A DNA stretch of 64,000 bases, taken from the IMG/VR virus record IMGVR_UViG_2922715855_000002, positions 1 to 64,000 of that record. One strand, 5' to 3'. A program made the translations under genes and the position numbers. The DNA is from a virus (lineage: Duplodnaviria; Caudoviricetes). The notes beneath the pieces were generated by a model, which saw nothing but the letters and a program-made list of their open reading frames with translations, made no database searches and was not told the DNA's origin. Shown in pieces: positions 38,255 to 46,761 of this stretch. The stretch's first letter is position 1. Each line of letters begins with the position of its first letter.

Positions 38255-38377
38255 TTAACGTTTGCGTGGGCGCTTCCGTTTGGTTCCTTTTTTGTTGTTC
38301 TTACGGCTTTCTTTGAGTAGTATGTAAGCTGTTATTAGCTGAATGAGAGCCGTAAGAAGTTGTACCCAATCTTTCAT
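38255..38377 (-). CDS. 40-aa holin-like/type I toxin-like peptide (MKDWVQLLTALIQLITAYILLKESRKNNKKGTKRKRPRKR), not in the ORF track
   Basis: AAGGAGGTGA RBS; hydrophobic helix with a very basic tail. Confidence 0.72.
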   Translation of the reverse strand: MKDWVQLLTALIQLITAYILLKESRKNNKKGTKRKRPRKR

Positions 38378-38405
38378 TGCTTGTCTCACCTCCTTATATA
38401 TTCAT

Positions 38406-38466
38406 TATACGATATCGTATAAATAAAGTCAATAGTATTGATAAACTTTATTCGATATCGTATAAT
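38406..38466. promoter_or_regulatory. Palindromic operators over divergent promoters
   Basis: Perfect palindrome TATACGATATCGTATA 38406-38421; CGATATCGTATA 38453-38464 overlapping TATAAT; TTGATA at 38438. Confidence 0.78.
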
Positions 38467-38485
38467 CTTGGTGGAGGTGATTAGG

Positions 38486-38686
38486 ATGATTGTCACGCCT
38501 AAACTAAATGCAATATTGAAAGATCGAGGAATTACTCAAATGAAGCTATCTGAGATGTGCGGGGTCCCGCAGGGGTCTATTTCTCGTTTTGATAAAAATA
38601 CTAGACACGAAGACAGTCATATATTTGCAATCGCTAAAGCATTGGGTATAAAAATTGAAGATTTGTTTGATATAAGAGTTGAGTAA
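38486..38686 (+). CDS. XRE/Cro-type HTH regulator
   Basis: LKDRGITQMKLSEMCGVPQGSISRF...AKALGIKIEDLF. Confidence 0.88.
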   Translation: MIVTPKLNAILKDRGITQMKLSEMCGVPQGSISRFDKNTRHEDSHIFAIAKALGIKIEDLFDIRVE

Positions 38687-38723
38687 CCTATCTTAGGATA
38701 GGTTATTTTTTTGTTCTTGTTTA

Positions 38724-38759
38724 CGAACGTACATTCGCTTATAATGGAAACAAATGTTC
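38724..38759. promoter_or_regulatory. Two near-consensus LexA (Cheo) boxes flanking a TATAAT
   Basis: CGAAC-GTAC-ATTCG 38724-38737 and AAAC-AAAT-GTTC 38748-38759 versus consensus GAAC-N4-GTTC. Confidence 0.6.
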
Positions 38760-38797
38760 TTATCGGTTGTAATATTTTAAAATAAGGGAGTTTTAAA

Positions 38798-39169
38798 ATG
38801 AAATCTACCCCATTACAGACAGAAGTTGATTTCACTTTAGTCAAACAATATATCCTTCTTCCTATGATTTTAGACGTCTTGGAACGTGATATGAATACAA
38901 TGAAAATGGCACCACTAAAAATGGCTACAGTATATGTAAAAAATTTAGAGCACATACAGAGTCTGATCCACGATGACCTGATACGCCTTAGAAAGCAAAT
39001 GCGGTCCCATGGATTGAAGGTATATGAGGAAAAGCGAACGAGTATTAATGTAGAGATTCAATATATCTGCCGAGGATATCACCACACATTCGCTATGTTG
39101 TGGACTTTAGTTAAAGCTGATATCGAGCGATATTTAAGCGAATACTTTAATGTAGATTTAGAGAGTTAG
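38798..39169 (+). CDS. YhjD-like hypothetical protein
   Basis: ILLPMILDVLERD...YICRGY motif resembling Bacillus YhjD; SOS boxes upstream. Confidence 0.6.
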   Translation: MKSTPLQTEVDFTLVKQYILLPMILDVLERDMNTMKMAPLKMATVYVKNLEHIQSLIHDDLIRLRKQMRSHGLKVYEEKRTSINVEIQYICRGYHHTFAMLWTLVKADIERYLSEYFNVDLES

Positions 39170-39237
39170 GGCGCGTACATTAAATTTATTTGACCAATAA
39201 AGCTAAACTAAGAGATACAGGGATTAAGTAAATATCA

Positions 39238-39279
39238 ATACACAATAAGCCCCGGATTTCTCCGAGGCTTATTGTGTAT
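39238..39279. terminator. Long hairpin, probable bidirectional terminator
   Basis: ATACACAATAAGCC/GGCTTATTGTGTAT perfect 14-bp stem. Confidence 0.7.
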
Positions 39280-39476
39280 ATCAAATTGTATTTGATTTCA
39301 AATATGTAAGGCTGGTTCTTAATTGTAAAATTCTTCAACAAATTACCGCTTTAGGAAAATGAAATTATTTCCTATAATTATTTATGTGGTTAATTGTTCT
39401 AATAAAGAGGGGGATTAAGAAATTCGTACTTACCATATAGGTAAGTTTCGGTTTGGGAGGAGCCTAATAAATCAGC

Positions 39477-39701
39477 TCACTGCCGTTTACCTTTTTTTAC
39501 AACAATCCACTGGTACATGTCTTCTGCATGACAATCGAGAATACGTGATGCGAGAACAGCGTTTTCATAAGTCATTTCCCTTTTATTGTTGATCCATCGT
39601 GAAACAGTGGCTTCGGTAACATTTAAACGGCGAGCGAGTTCGGCTTGACTCATATCGCCTAAAAGTTCAGGTAAACGGCATTCTCCTTTGCGGAGTGCCA
39701 T
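39477..39701 (-). CDS. XRE-family HTH protein
   Basis: MSQAELARRLNVTEATVSRWINN. Confidence 0.85.
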   Translation of the reverse strand: MALRKGECRLPELLGDMSQAELARRLNVTEATVSRWINNKREMTYENAVLASRILDCHAEDMYQWIVVKKGKRQ

Positions 39702-39844
39702 GTTTTCCCACCTTGAATGTATTGTTATTTCAGAAAGATTATATAACTATTTATCATTTCTAGTAAACAACAACCCACATTTAAGGACTCATAATCGATT
39801 AACGTTCCAACTGCATTTCATCACATAGAGTAACTGGAGGGTGC

Positions 39845-40039
39845 ATGGTGAAAAAAACGGACTTAGAACAATTGATGGTTGTAATCTCTAATTCAATAGC
39901 TGTTATTAAAAATGAGAAACACATTAATGAAGCTACACAAGGAAAGTATAAATGGGGATATTCGGGTCAGTTGAAAATTATAATAAAAGAAGAAGGTTCT
40001 CCAAATCCGTCAACAACTCGTCAACAACGTCTCGTATAA
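39845..40039 (+). CDS. Hypothetical protein
   Basis: GGAGGG RBS; terminator 40079-40107 downstream. Confidence 0.55.
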   Translation: MVKKTDLEQLMVVISNSIAVIKNEKHINEATQGKYKWGYSGQLKIIIKEEGSPNPSTTRQQRLV

Positions 40040-40078
40040 GCCGTTATAATTAATGACGATAAAGTGATCGAAAGATGG

Positions 40079-40107
40079 AAAACCCCTTTATATAAAAGGG
40101 GTTTTTT
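40079..40107. terminator. Hairpin terminator
   Basis: AAAACCCCTT/AAGGGGTTTT. Confidence 0.7.
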
Positions 40108-40277
40108 GATAACCCCTAATAAATATTCTGGAGCCCTCTTTCGAGAGCTCCATCATGGGAGAGGATAAACCAAGGTAATACACACTATTACAATTTATCT
40201 CAAAACGCTGATAATAAAGGCGTTATACTATTATTATTGCACACATTGGCATAGTTTAATCATTGATTAAATAAAAA

Positions 40278-40297
40278 ATGCCACCTTTTATGCCACC
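40278..40297. repeat. ATGCCACC direct repeat, probable integrase arm-binding sites at the att junction
   Basis: Copies at 40278 and 40290, just downstream of the integrase stop. Confidence 0.55.
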
Positions 40298-40310
40298 CCA
40301 ACCCACACAC

Positions 40311-41495
40311 CTAAACCTTGAATACATCGCTAAATGTATCTGCCGCCTTTGCTTCCGCTGTTCGCATAAGGTGTCCGTACACATCCATTGTAGTTCCTAT
40401 TTTCGAGTGCCCAACACGCTCAGAAATAATTTTCGCATGAATCCCCCGATTGATTAATATAGAAACTGATGTGTGTCGAATATCGTGAAATCTTATATAT
40501 CTAATATGCGGATTTCGGATTTTGATGAAATCCTGCCAACGTTCACGCAGCGTTTTTGGGAAAAGCGGCATACCTAAATTTTTATGGTATCTGATGTTAC
40601 AAAATAAAAAGTCGCCTTCTTCGAACCAAGTATCTTCATTTTCAGACTTCCAACTATCCCAAACTTTCTTGTACTCTTTTAATTCCAATGTTACATAATT
40701 AGGAATAGCAACAATTCGAATAGATCCTTTAGTTTTTGGGCTTTTAACGTGTGGTTTTCCATCAACAAAAACAGGAATGGATTGTTTTATATGGATACAA
40801 TCATTCTCGAAATCGATGTGTTTCCACTCTAACCCAAGTAATTCTCCACGTCTCATTCCTGTTGTGAAGGCGAGGGTGATTAGAGTTCGAAATTGAATGT
40901 TTTCAGATTGTAAAGCAATCATTATTTGTCTTGATTCTTCTTCTGTATATGCATCAACATTAGGGGATGAATTCTCTTTTGGTTTAAGCACATTATCCAT
41001 AGGATTCGGATCGATGTTGTACCATTCTTTTGCTTTTTGAAAAAGGCTTCGAAGAACTCTGTAAGCATATACCCGAGTTGCTTGGCCTACGGGCTTTTTT
41101 TGATTTTTCAATTCAAACATGTCGTTTAAAAACATCACTATATGAATTGTTTCGATATCGTTGAGGTACATATGCTTAAAAACAGGCAAGATGCGACGAT
41201 AGATGTAATTGCTATAGTTTTGTTGTGTAGTCTTCTCCAAGTGTACATTTACATACATTTCCATCCATTGTTCCACGAAGTGTTCAAAATTGATTTTTTT
41301 CATATCTATGTTGTTTGAAATATTTTTCATTAATTCAGCTTCAAATATTACGAGTTCTTTTTCTGCAATGCGTTTAGAGTTCGTATGAACAACTTTTGTT
41401 TTTCTTTTGCGCTTACCGAAAGGATCGTTAATATCTACAACTAGTCGAAACCCATTGTTACGTTTTTCTACCCAACCCAAAATTATCAACTCCAA
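40311..41495 (-). CDS. int: Tyrosine integrase of prophage 2
   Basis: TTGMRRGELLGL, RFHDIRHT and GHSKIGTTMDVYGH motifs. Confidence 0.96.
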   Translation of the reverse strand: MELIILGWVEKRNNGFRLVVDINDPFGKRKRKTKVVHTNSKRIAEKELVIFEAELMKNISNNIDMKKINFEHFVEQWMEMYVNVHLEKTTQQNYSNYIYRRILPVFKHMYLNDIETIHIVMFLNDMFELKNQKKPVGQATRVYAYRVLRSLFQKAKEWYNIDPNPMDNVLKPKENSSPNVDAYTEEESRQIMIALQSENIQFRTLITLAFTTGMRRGELLGLEWKHIDFENDCIHIKQSIPVFVDGKPHVKSPKTKGSIRIVAIPNYVTLELKEYKKVWDSWKSENEDTWFEEGDFLFCNIRYHKNLGMPLFPKTLRERWQDFIKIRNPHIRYIRFHDIRHTSVSILINRGIHAKIISERVGHSKIGTTMDVYGHLMRTAEAKAADTFSDVFKV

Positions 41496-41514
41496 TCAAT
41501 TCGGTGTTAAAAAT

Positions 41515-41898
41515 TTATTTTCTAGTAGTCCTTAAGAAGGATATCGCAAACTTAATCTCGTCTATAGACAACTCTTTATCATCTAAAAGAAATGTGTAGT
41601 TTGACAACTCATCACTTGAGAAATCCACTGTGACTGAATTTGACTTTATACCCCGAGGTGAGGGGATGTTAGTTGCACCAACTAAATAATCGACAGTCGT
41701 GTTAAGCTCATTCGCAATGATCGCGAGCATATAAGGCTGCGGGGCACTTAGACCACTTTCGTAATTGGATACAGCGGTGCGTTTCGAACCGATCTTATTT
41801 GCAAATTGTTCCTGTAAATACCCCTTTTTTTCTCGTAGTTCACGAATACGTTTTCCAATTAGAATACGGTTTTCTTTTACTGCATCCACAAATATCAC
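41515..41898 (-). CDS. XRE-family immunity repressor (no peptidase domain)
   Basis: RIRELREKKGYLQEQFANKIGSKRTAVSNYESG. Confidence 0.9.
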   Translation of the reverse strand: MIFVDAVKENRILIGKRIRELREKKGYLQEQFANKIGSKRTAVSNYESGLSAPQPYMLAIIANELNTTVDYLVGATNIPSPRGIKSNSVTVDFSSDELSNYTFLLDDKELSIDEIKFAISFLRTTRK

Positions 41899-41932
41899 TC
41901 TTTCTTTGAAAAAATATTTAAAAAAGGTATTG

Positions 41933-42312
41933 CGTCATAATTTATGACGTGCTATGATTGGGGTGTCAAAAATATTGTCGTAAATTCGCGATATGTCAAA
42001 AATAGTGGAGGTGACTACATGATAAGAAAAACATTCTCACAACAAAGAGAATTAAAAGGAGTTTCAACAACTAAAATGGCTGCCGACCTTGGAATTACTG
42101 AAAGTCATCTGAGAGGAATTGAACGTGGTCGAAACAATCCAACATTAAAATTAGCCTTTCAAATCTCAAAATATCTAGGTTCATCACTTGAAGAATTATT
42201 CGGAGATGCAAGTTGATGTTTATTTATGCTGTCCTTATCACTAAAGAGAGTATAACACGTCAAAAATTATGACGCAATATTTTTTATGTGAATTATGTCA
42301 AAAATTATGACA
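41933..42312. promoter_or_regulatory. Prophage 2 operators, YGTCA-N7-TGACR
   Basis: 41933-41949, 41964-41980 (1 mismatch), 42258-42274 and 42296-42312; half site at 41994. Confidence 0.8.
42019..42216 (+). CDS. Cro-like XRE protein
   Basis: GGAGGTGA RBS; MAADLGITESHLRGIERGRNNPTL. Confidence 0.88.
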   Translation: MIRKTFSQQRELKGVSTTKMAADLGITESHLRGIERGRNNPTLKLAFQISKYLGSSLEELFGDAS

Positions 42313-42354
42313 TTTATTGTTTTTAATTCAAAAATAATGGCAAGGAGTGATTTC

Positions 42355-42666
42355 ATGACAACATTAGATTTTATCGGTGAGGTGAAAGAATGCCTGATAT
42401 CGGAAATAAAACCATGGATAGAGTCACAAGTAAATGAAATGTATAAAAATCGAATCGCAAAAGCGACATTGACCGTCGAAGAGGCGGCGGAGTACATCGG
42501 GGTTTCTGTTTCCATGCTTTACATTATGGCGAGAGAAAAACAAATTGCTTATATACCTGTTGGGGCGATGAGTTCATTAAAACCTAAAATGAAATTCAGA
42601 TTATCTACATTGGATAAATGGATGGAGGAACAAGAACGTAAGAGTATGAAAGGAGCAGGTGCATGA
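42355..42666 (+). CDS. Excisionase-like HTH protein
   Basis: LTVEEAAEYIGVS...LDKWMEEQE. Confidence 0.8.
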   Translation: MTTLDFIGEVKECLISEIKPWIESQVNEMYKNRIAKATLTVEEAAEYIGVSVSMLYIMAREKQIAYIPVGAMSSLKPKMKFRLSTLDKWMEEQERKSMKGAGA

Positions 42667-43526
42667 ATCAATCTCAAATATCAAAATCAAATAATCTTAA
42701 TGAGATTACCGCTGAGATAAACATATACAAGCAGCAAGCCGGACAAGCGGTATTCGAAATAGGACGGCGACTAAAATTCGTAAAGGAAAATGATCTGACA
42801 CATGGTCAATGGATTCCCTGGATAGAGTCGATGGAAATAGATCGAAGCACAGCAACACGTTTAATTCAAGCTTTCGAACAATTTGGAAACGATGCGACAT
42901 CGCACCATTTGCCAACCGGGAAGATATTCGAAATGTTATCACTTCCAGAATCGGTTGATCGACACGAATTCATACAAAAGAGTCATTCAGTGCCATCCAC
43001 AGGCGATGAAAAGACAGTGAATGAAATGAGCGTTCGTGAGTTAAGGGAGGTGAAACAAAAGTTAAAGGAAGCAGAGCAACGAGAAAAACAGGTTAAGCAA
43101 GAAGCAGAGAAAGCGAAGAAGAACGCACAACATTTTGAAGCACTGTGGACTTGCGAAAAGGATAAACCGCCGCAGTTGATTGTTCAAGAGCCGAACGATT
43201 ACACGGAACTAAAGTCCACCGCTCAGGAGCTAAATAATAGGGTCGTTCAATTAGAGCGAGAAAAACGACAAATCGAGTCCAGTTATCAGGAAAAGGTTAC
43301 TCAAAAAGATCAGTCGGAACATGCTCTTCGCGAGCTAAAAAAGTCATTTAAAAATATCATCACATTCGTTACTACGGAACAGATGAATGCGATTTTTAAC
43401 TATTCCATGGTGGAAGGTCATGTCGAAGCACATAAGGCGGTCGAACAGTTTTTACACCAATTTGATGAGCAGATAAAAGGGGTATTCGATCATTGGAATG
43501 GGCATACGAAAATTATTGATATTTAG
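42663..43526 (+). CDS. DUF3102-domain protein
   Basis: ITAEIN.YKQQAGQA.FEIGRRL..VKE..L.HGQW..W motif. Confidence 0.85.
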   Translation: MNQSQISKSNNLNEITAEINIYKQQAGQAVFEIGRRLKFVKENDLTHGQWIPWIESMEIDRSTATRLIQAFEQFGNDATSHHLPTGKIFEMLSLPESVDRHEFIQKSHSVPSTGDEKTVNEMSVRELREVKQKLKEAEQREKQVKQEAEKAKKNAQHFEALWTCEKDKPPQLIVQEPNDYTELKSTAQELNNRVVQLEREKRQIESSYQEKVTQKDQSEHALRELKKSFKNIITFVTTEQMNAIFNYSMVEGHVEAHKAVEQFLHQFDEQIKGVFDHWNGHTKIIDI

Positions 43527-43537
43527 GAGGGATTAAA

Positions 43538-43948
43538 TTGAGCACAGCACTACAAGTTCCAGAATGGAATCAAGAAGAGCAAATCGAACGTCTTATTGCG
43601 ATTAGTACGAATTTTGCACATGGGGCGGGCAAGCAAGATAAACGGATCGGTAGCCTAGAACAGCGAATGAACAGTGTTGAGAGCAAAATGACTTGTGACA
43701 GTCGGCATCAGAATAACATTAATGATTTCGCAAAACGCAGTATTTCGAAGGTGTTAGGATCAGCAGCACACCCGGATTATCGGAAAACAATCTCCGCATT
43801 ATGGGCTGATTATAGACGAATTTTCGGGATTAATTCTTACCGCGACACACTAGTTGCTGATTATGATCGTGCGATAGATTGGATTCGTCTTTGGAGACCA
43901 GTAACAAAACGGGAGGGTGAATGCAATGGAAGCAACGCAATTGATTGA
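43538..43948 (+). CDS. ORF6C-domain (antirepressor C-terminal-like) protein
   Basis: LWADYRRIFGINSYRDT....YDRA..WI..W. Confidence 0.75.
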   Translation: MSTALQVPEWNQEEQIERLIAISTNFAHGAGKQDKRIGSLEQRMNSVESKMTCDSRHQNNINDFAKRSISKVLGSAAHPDYRKTISALWADYRRIFGINSYRDTLVADYDRAIDWIRLWRPVTKREGECNGSNAID

Positions 43949-44405
43949 TGTTGATATCGAAGAGTCAGTAATAGGTATCGGAGGATTTGAATGGAAAAGT
44001 CGAGTTTCATGTGTTGAGAAAATGGCATCTGTATGCATAGAAAGAAAGGTGAAATTCGATGAAGTACTTGGGGCTATCAACTTCACGAGTTATTGTTCTA
44101 ATCCGTTGAAGATGACCAAGAAGCAACTATCAATGCTTAAGCGTGATGTTAACAAACGTGTAAAGGATTTGCAGCATGAAAAAATGGTTCCAGAAGTGGG
44201 TGATCAGGTTCGAGTACCAAAGTTAGTTAAGAACCAATTATTAGGCGGTTACGTGCAGGATGGTAGAAATTTAGTGGAAGCGATTGTGATAAGTCAAAGG
44301 AAAATGACCTCGGGTTATCACTACAAGGTTAAGAGGGTGGCAGACGGAGAAATCCAAGAAGGCAACGGGCATATGATCAAAGAGATTCTAACTAAGCGTG
44401 AGTAA
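43926..44405 (+). CDS. Hypothetical protein (paralogue of 3648..4145)
   Basis: Shared motifs. Confidence 0.75.
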   Translation: MEATQLIDVDIEESVIGIGGFEWKSRVSCVEKMASVCIERKVKFDEVLGAINFTSYCSNPLKMTKKQLSMLKRDVNKRVKDLQHEKMVPEVGDQVRVPKLVKNQLLGGYVQDGRNLVEAIVISQRKMTSGYHYKVKRVADGEIQEGNGHMIKEILTKRE

Positions 44406-44425
44406 TGAGGAAGGGGACAAAGAAT

Positions 44426-44557
44426 ATGGGTAAATATAAATGTGGTAAGCGCGTGGGAAACCGCTTGTGTGTATTATGTGGCGAAGTTTGGATCGATCTA
44501 TTAACACTAGCAGAGATAGAAAGGATCTGCATTGATGCATGGGGATTGAAATCATGA
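44426..44557 (+). CDS. 43-aa Cys-containing peptide, not in the ORF track
   Basis: AAGGGG RBS; MGKYKCGKRVGNRLCVLCGEVW... Confidence 0.45.
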   Translation: MGKYKCGKRVGNRLCVLCGEVWIDLLTLAEIERICIDAWGLKS

Positions 44558-44680
44558 TTAAAGAAAAGAGATAGGTACGTCGGCAAACGTAACTATCTCA
44601 CAAGTTAATTACAAATAAAATCAAAGATAGTTTAACACTTATTATCAATTTCGCGCAACCCCAAGTTAAGGAGGGGGGAT

Positions 44681-45628
44681 ATGGCAAGCCCGCAGTTAGG
44701 AAATGGCTTTGTGAGCATCGCAAATGAATTATGGGATGAAATAATAAGTCGTGACTTCTCAAAGCGTCAAAAAGAGATTCTATTGCTAATATTGCGATTA
44801 TCTTATGGATGCAGGAAGAAACATGCACACATACCCAAATTGAAATATTTTTCATTATGCGGTGTCGGTCCCACTCATATTTCAAAAGAGTTGAAACTCT
44901 TACAAACATACAAGGTGATTACTTGGGAGCGTGAAAATATGAACTTTGCTCTCAATAAAGATTATGATGTTTGGCAAGTTGCTGCTGTGAAGGATTGGAA
45001 TCCAGTTGATTTCAACGAGTTACTTCACCTCAACTTAACAGAAAAAAACTTACCAAAACGGGAAGTTACCAAAACGGGAAGTTACCAAAAAGGTAACAAG
45101 AAACTTACCAAAAAGGTAAGTATAAAGTTACCAAAACGGGAAGTTCGACATGTCCCAATGCCTTGGCGCTCTAAGGTGGACCGGATGTCTAAAGACAGTA
45201 TTAAAGACAGTATTAAAGACAATTGTTGTTGTTTAGGAGAAAACAATCAATTTAATGATCTGCAAAAGTATCGTAAGGAAGTAGAAACCAAGTACATCCA
45301 ACGAAGAGGTGTAGGTTTAGAACTAACCATTTCTGATGAAAGCATGATAGAAGAATTTTTCACAGAAAAGGTGCCCTTACAAATCGTCTTGGATGGAATC
45401 GATAAAGCCTTTAATAATTACAAACCAAGGAATTCACGGGACAAGATAAACAGTTTGAAATATTGTTCTCAAATCGTGTTTAGCCTTCAAGCTCAACAAA
45501 AAGATGCTCCTGTTAATGAGTCGGATTTCATAGAAGAGATTGCAGCATCTACAGAAGAACAGCAAAGCGACGAAGAGGTGCTTAGATTGCTTGAAGAGCT
45601 TAAAGCAAAGAGGGGTGGAAGTGAGTGA
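44681..45628 (+). CDS. Phage replication initiator (O-like)
   Basis: Close paralogue of 4393..5352. Confidence 0.88.
   Translation: MASPQLGNGFVSIANELWDEIISRDFSKRQKEILLLILRLSYGCRKKHAHIPKLKYFSLCGVGPTHISKELKLLQTYKVITWERENMNFALNKDYDVWQVAAVKDWNPVDFNELLHLNLTEKNLPKREVTKTGSYQKGNKKLTKKVSIKLPKREVRHVPMPWRSKVDRMSKDSIKDSIKDNCCCLGENNQFNDLQKYRKEVETKYIQRRGVGLELTISDESMIEEFFTEKVPLQIVLDGIDKAFNNYKPRNSRDKINSLKYCSQIVFSLQAQQKDAPVNESDFIEEIAASTEEQQSDEEVLRLLEELKAKRGGSE
45047..45147. repeat. Origin iterons (5 x AA(G/C)TTACC)
   Basis: Copies at 45047, 45063, 45079, 45102 and 45125; spacing identical to prophage 1. Confidence 0.8.
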
Positions 45629-46533
45629 TCGAAGAGATCGTAAAGTACATGCCTAACGACTATTCAAAACGGCTTAAAGGCATGCGGGAGGCGTTGAACA
45701 ATCATCTAGATGTAATTGCCTTGAAAGATTCATATCCAGATAGAAAGGCAAAGGAGAATGATTTATTTCATTACGCTCAATCTTGTACGCGATGCAATTC
45801 ATGTCCGGGCTTAGAAGATTGTCAAAATGAAATGCCAGGGCATCGATTGGTTCCAGTCCCAGATCAACTAAAACCGGATCAACTAAATTTTGCATTGCGT
45901 CCCTGTAAGCTTCAGGAGGCGAAATTGAAACAGCAGCATATTCAGAAATTGATTAAGTGTCATAACGTGAAAGATTATATCAAAAATTCTGTATTTGATG
46001 ATTTGGATATTGATTCACAACGAAGATCGGCAATCGTCGAGTGTATTCGGTTCTGTAATGACTTTAAACCCAACGAAACCAAGAAAGGTCTTTATTTGTA
46101 CGGTTCCTATGGGGTCGGAAAAAGTCGTATAGCCGGAGCGATTGCTAATGAATTAGCGAAGCAAGGCGTAGACGTCGCACTTGTCTACGTGCCGGACTTC
46201 TTGGAAGAAATAAAGGATTCGATTAAAGATAATGCAGTACAACAGAAGGTGGACGCTCTAAAAAATGTCACTGTTTTAATATTTGATGATATCGGAGCAG
46301 AACCAAACTCTAATTGGACTCGTGACGGAATTATCAGCTCTATCCTAAACGATCGGATGGAGAAGTTCACAACGATCTATACATCTAATTTAACTCTGAA
46401 CGAACTTAAGAGTCATTTCGCTAAAACTGCAAAGGAAGGGATTGATCCTAAAAAGGCGGAACGACTCCTTGAACGTATCGAACCGTTTGTGAAGGTTGTG
46501 CCTGTTATCGGACGTAATCGGCGAAGAGATTGA
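45625..46533 (+). CDS. DnaI/DnaC-like helicase loader
   Basis: GSYGVGKS and LIFDDIGAE motifs; paralogue of 5349..6272. Confidence 0.92.
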   Translation: MIEEIVKYMPNDYSKRLKGMREALNNHLDVIALKDSYPDRKAKENDLFHYAQSCTRCNSCPGLEDCQNEMPGHRLVPVPDQLKPDQLNFALRPCKLQEAKLKQQHIQKLIKCHNVKDYIKNSVFDDLDIDSQRRSAIVECIRFCNDFKPNETKKGLYLYGSYGVGKSRIAGAIANELAKQGVDVALVYVPDFLEEIKDSIKDNAVQQKVDALKNVTVLIFDDIGAEPNSNWTRDGIISSILNDRMEKFTTIYTSNLTLNELKSHFAKTAKEGIDPKKAERLLERIEPFVKVVPVIGRNRRRD

Positions 46534-46548
46534 TTCAATCCTGGGGGG

Positions 46549-46761
46549 ATGACGTACATGTGCATGATTTGCAAAGGATCAAAGGTTGATGTTGCATTTA
46601 GCAGTTCGATGATGATGGTTGGACCGTGCAAATTTTGTCAAGAGGATGACGATCATCCGGGAGCTAGAATGGATGGGCCTGGGTGGAATGTCAGTGATTG
46701 CGAATCACTTTGGAGGGGTATGGATGCAAATAAAAGTATCGCGACTGTCTCTCATAAATAA
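46549..46761 (+). CDS. Small hypothetical protein (paralogue of 6269..6490)
   Basis: Shared N-terminal ~45 aa. Confidence 0.6.
   Translation: MTYMCMICKGSKVDVAFSSSMMMVGPCKFCQEDDDHPGARMDGPGWNVSDCESLWRGMDANKSIATVSHK

Larger units (their letters stand above)
1..40200. mobile_element. Prophage 1, apparently complete siphovirus-like temperate phage (probably pac/headful type)
   Basis: Canonical order: integrase, repressor/cro, replication, late activator, terminase, portal, capsid, tail, holin, amidase, accessory end. The right boundary is approximate and the left att lies outside the window. Confidence 0.93.

Noticed and set aside
37599-39701. Arbitrium or Rap-Phr peptide communication system
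   Set aside because: No TPR-type receptor gene of ~380 aa is present, and the peptides lack a signal-peptide plus mature-peptide layout.
40040-40170. Open frame continuing after the stop of 39845..40039 (possible read-through or pseudogene)
   Set aside because: It runs through a terminator hairpin and shows no recognisable motif.
40189-40212. CAATTTATCTCAAAACGCTGA resembling the 3' end of rpsI (QFSKR) as att core
   Set aside because: The match is imperfect (extra codon, different stop) and cannot be verified without the outer flanks.
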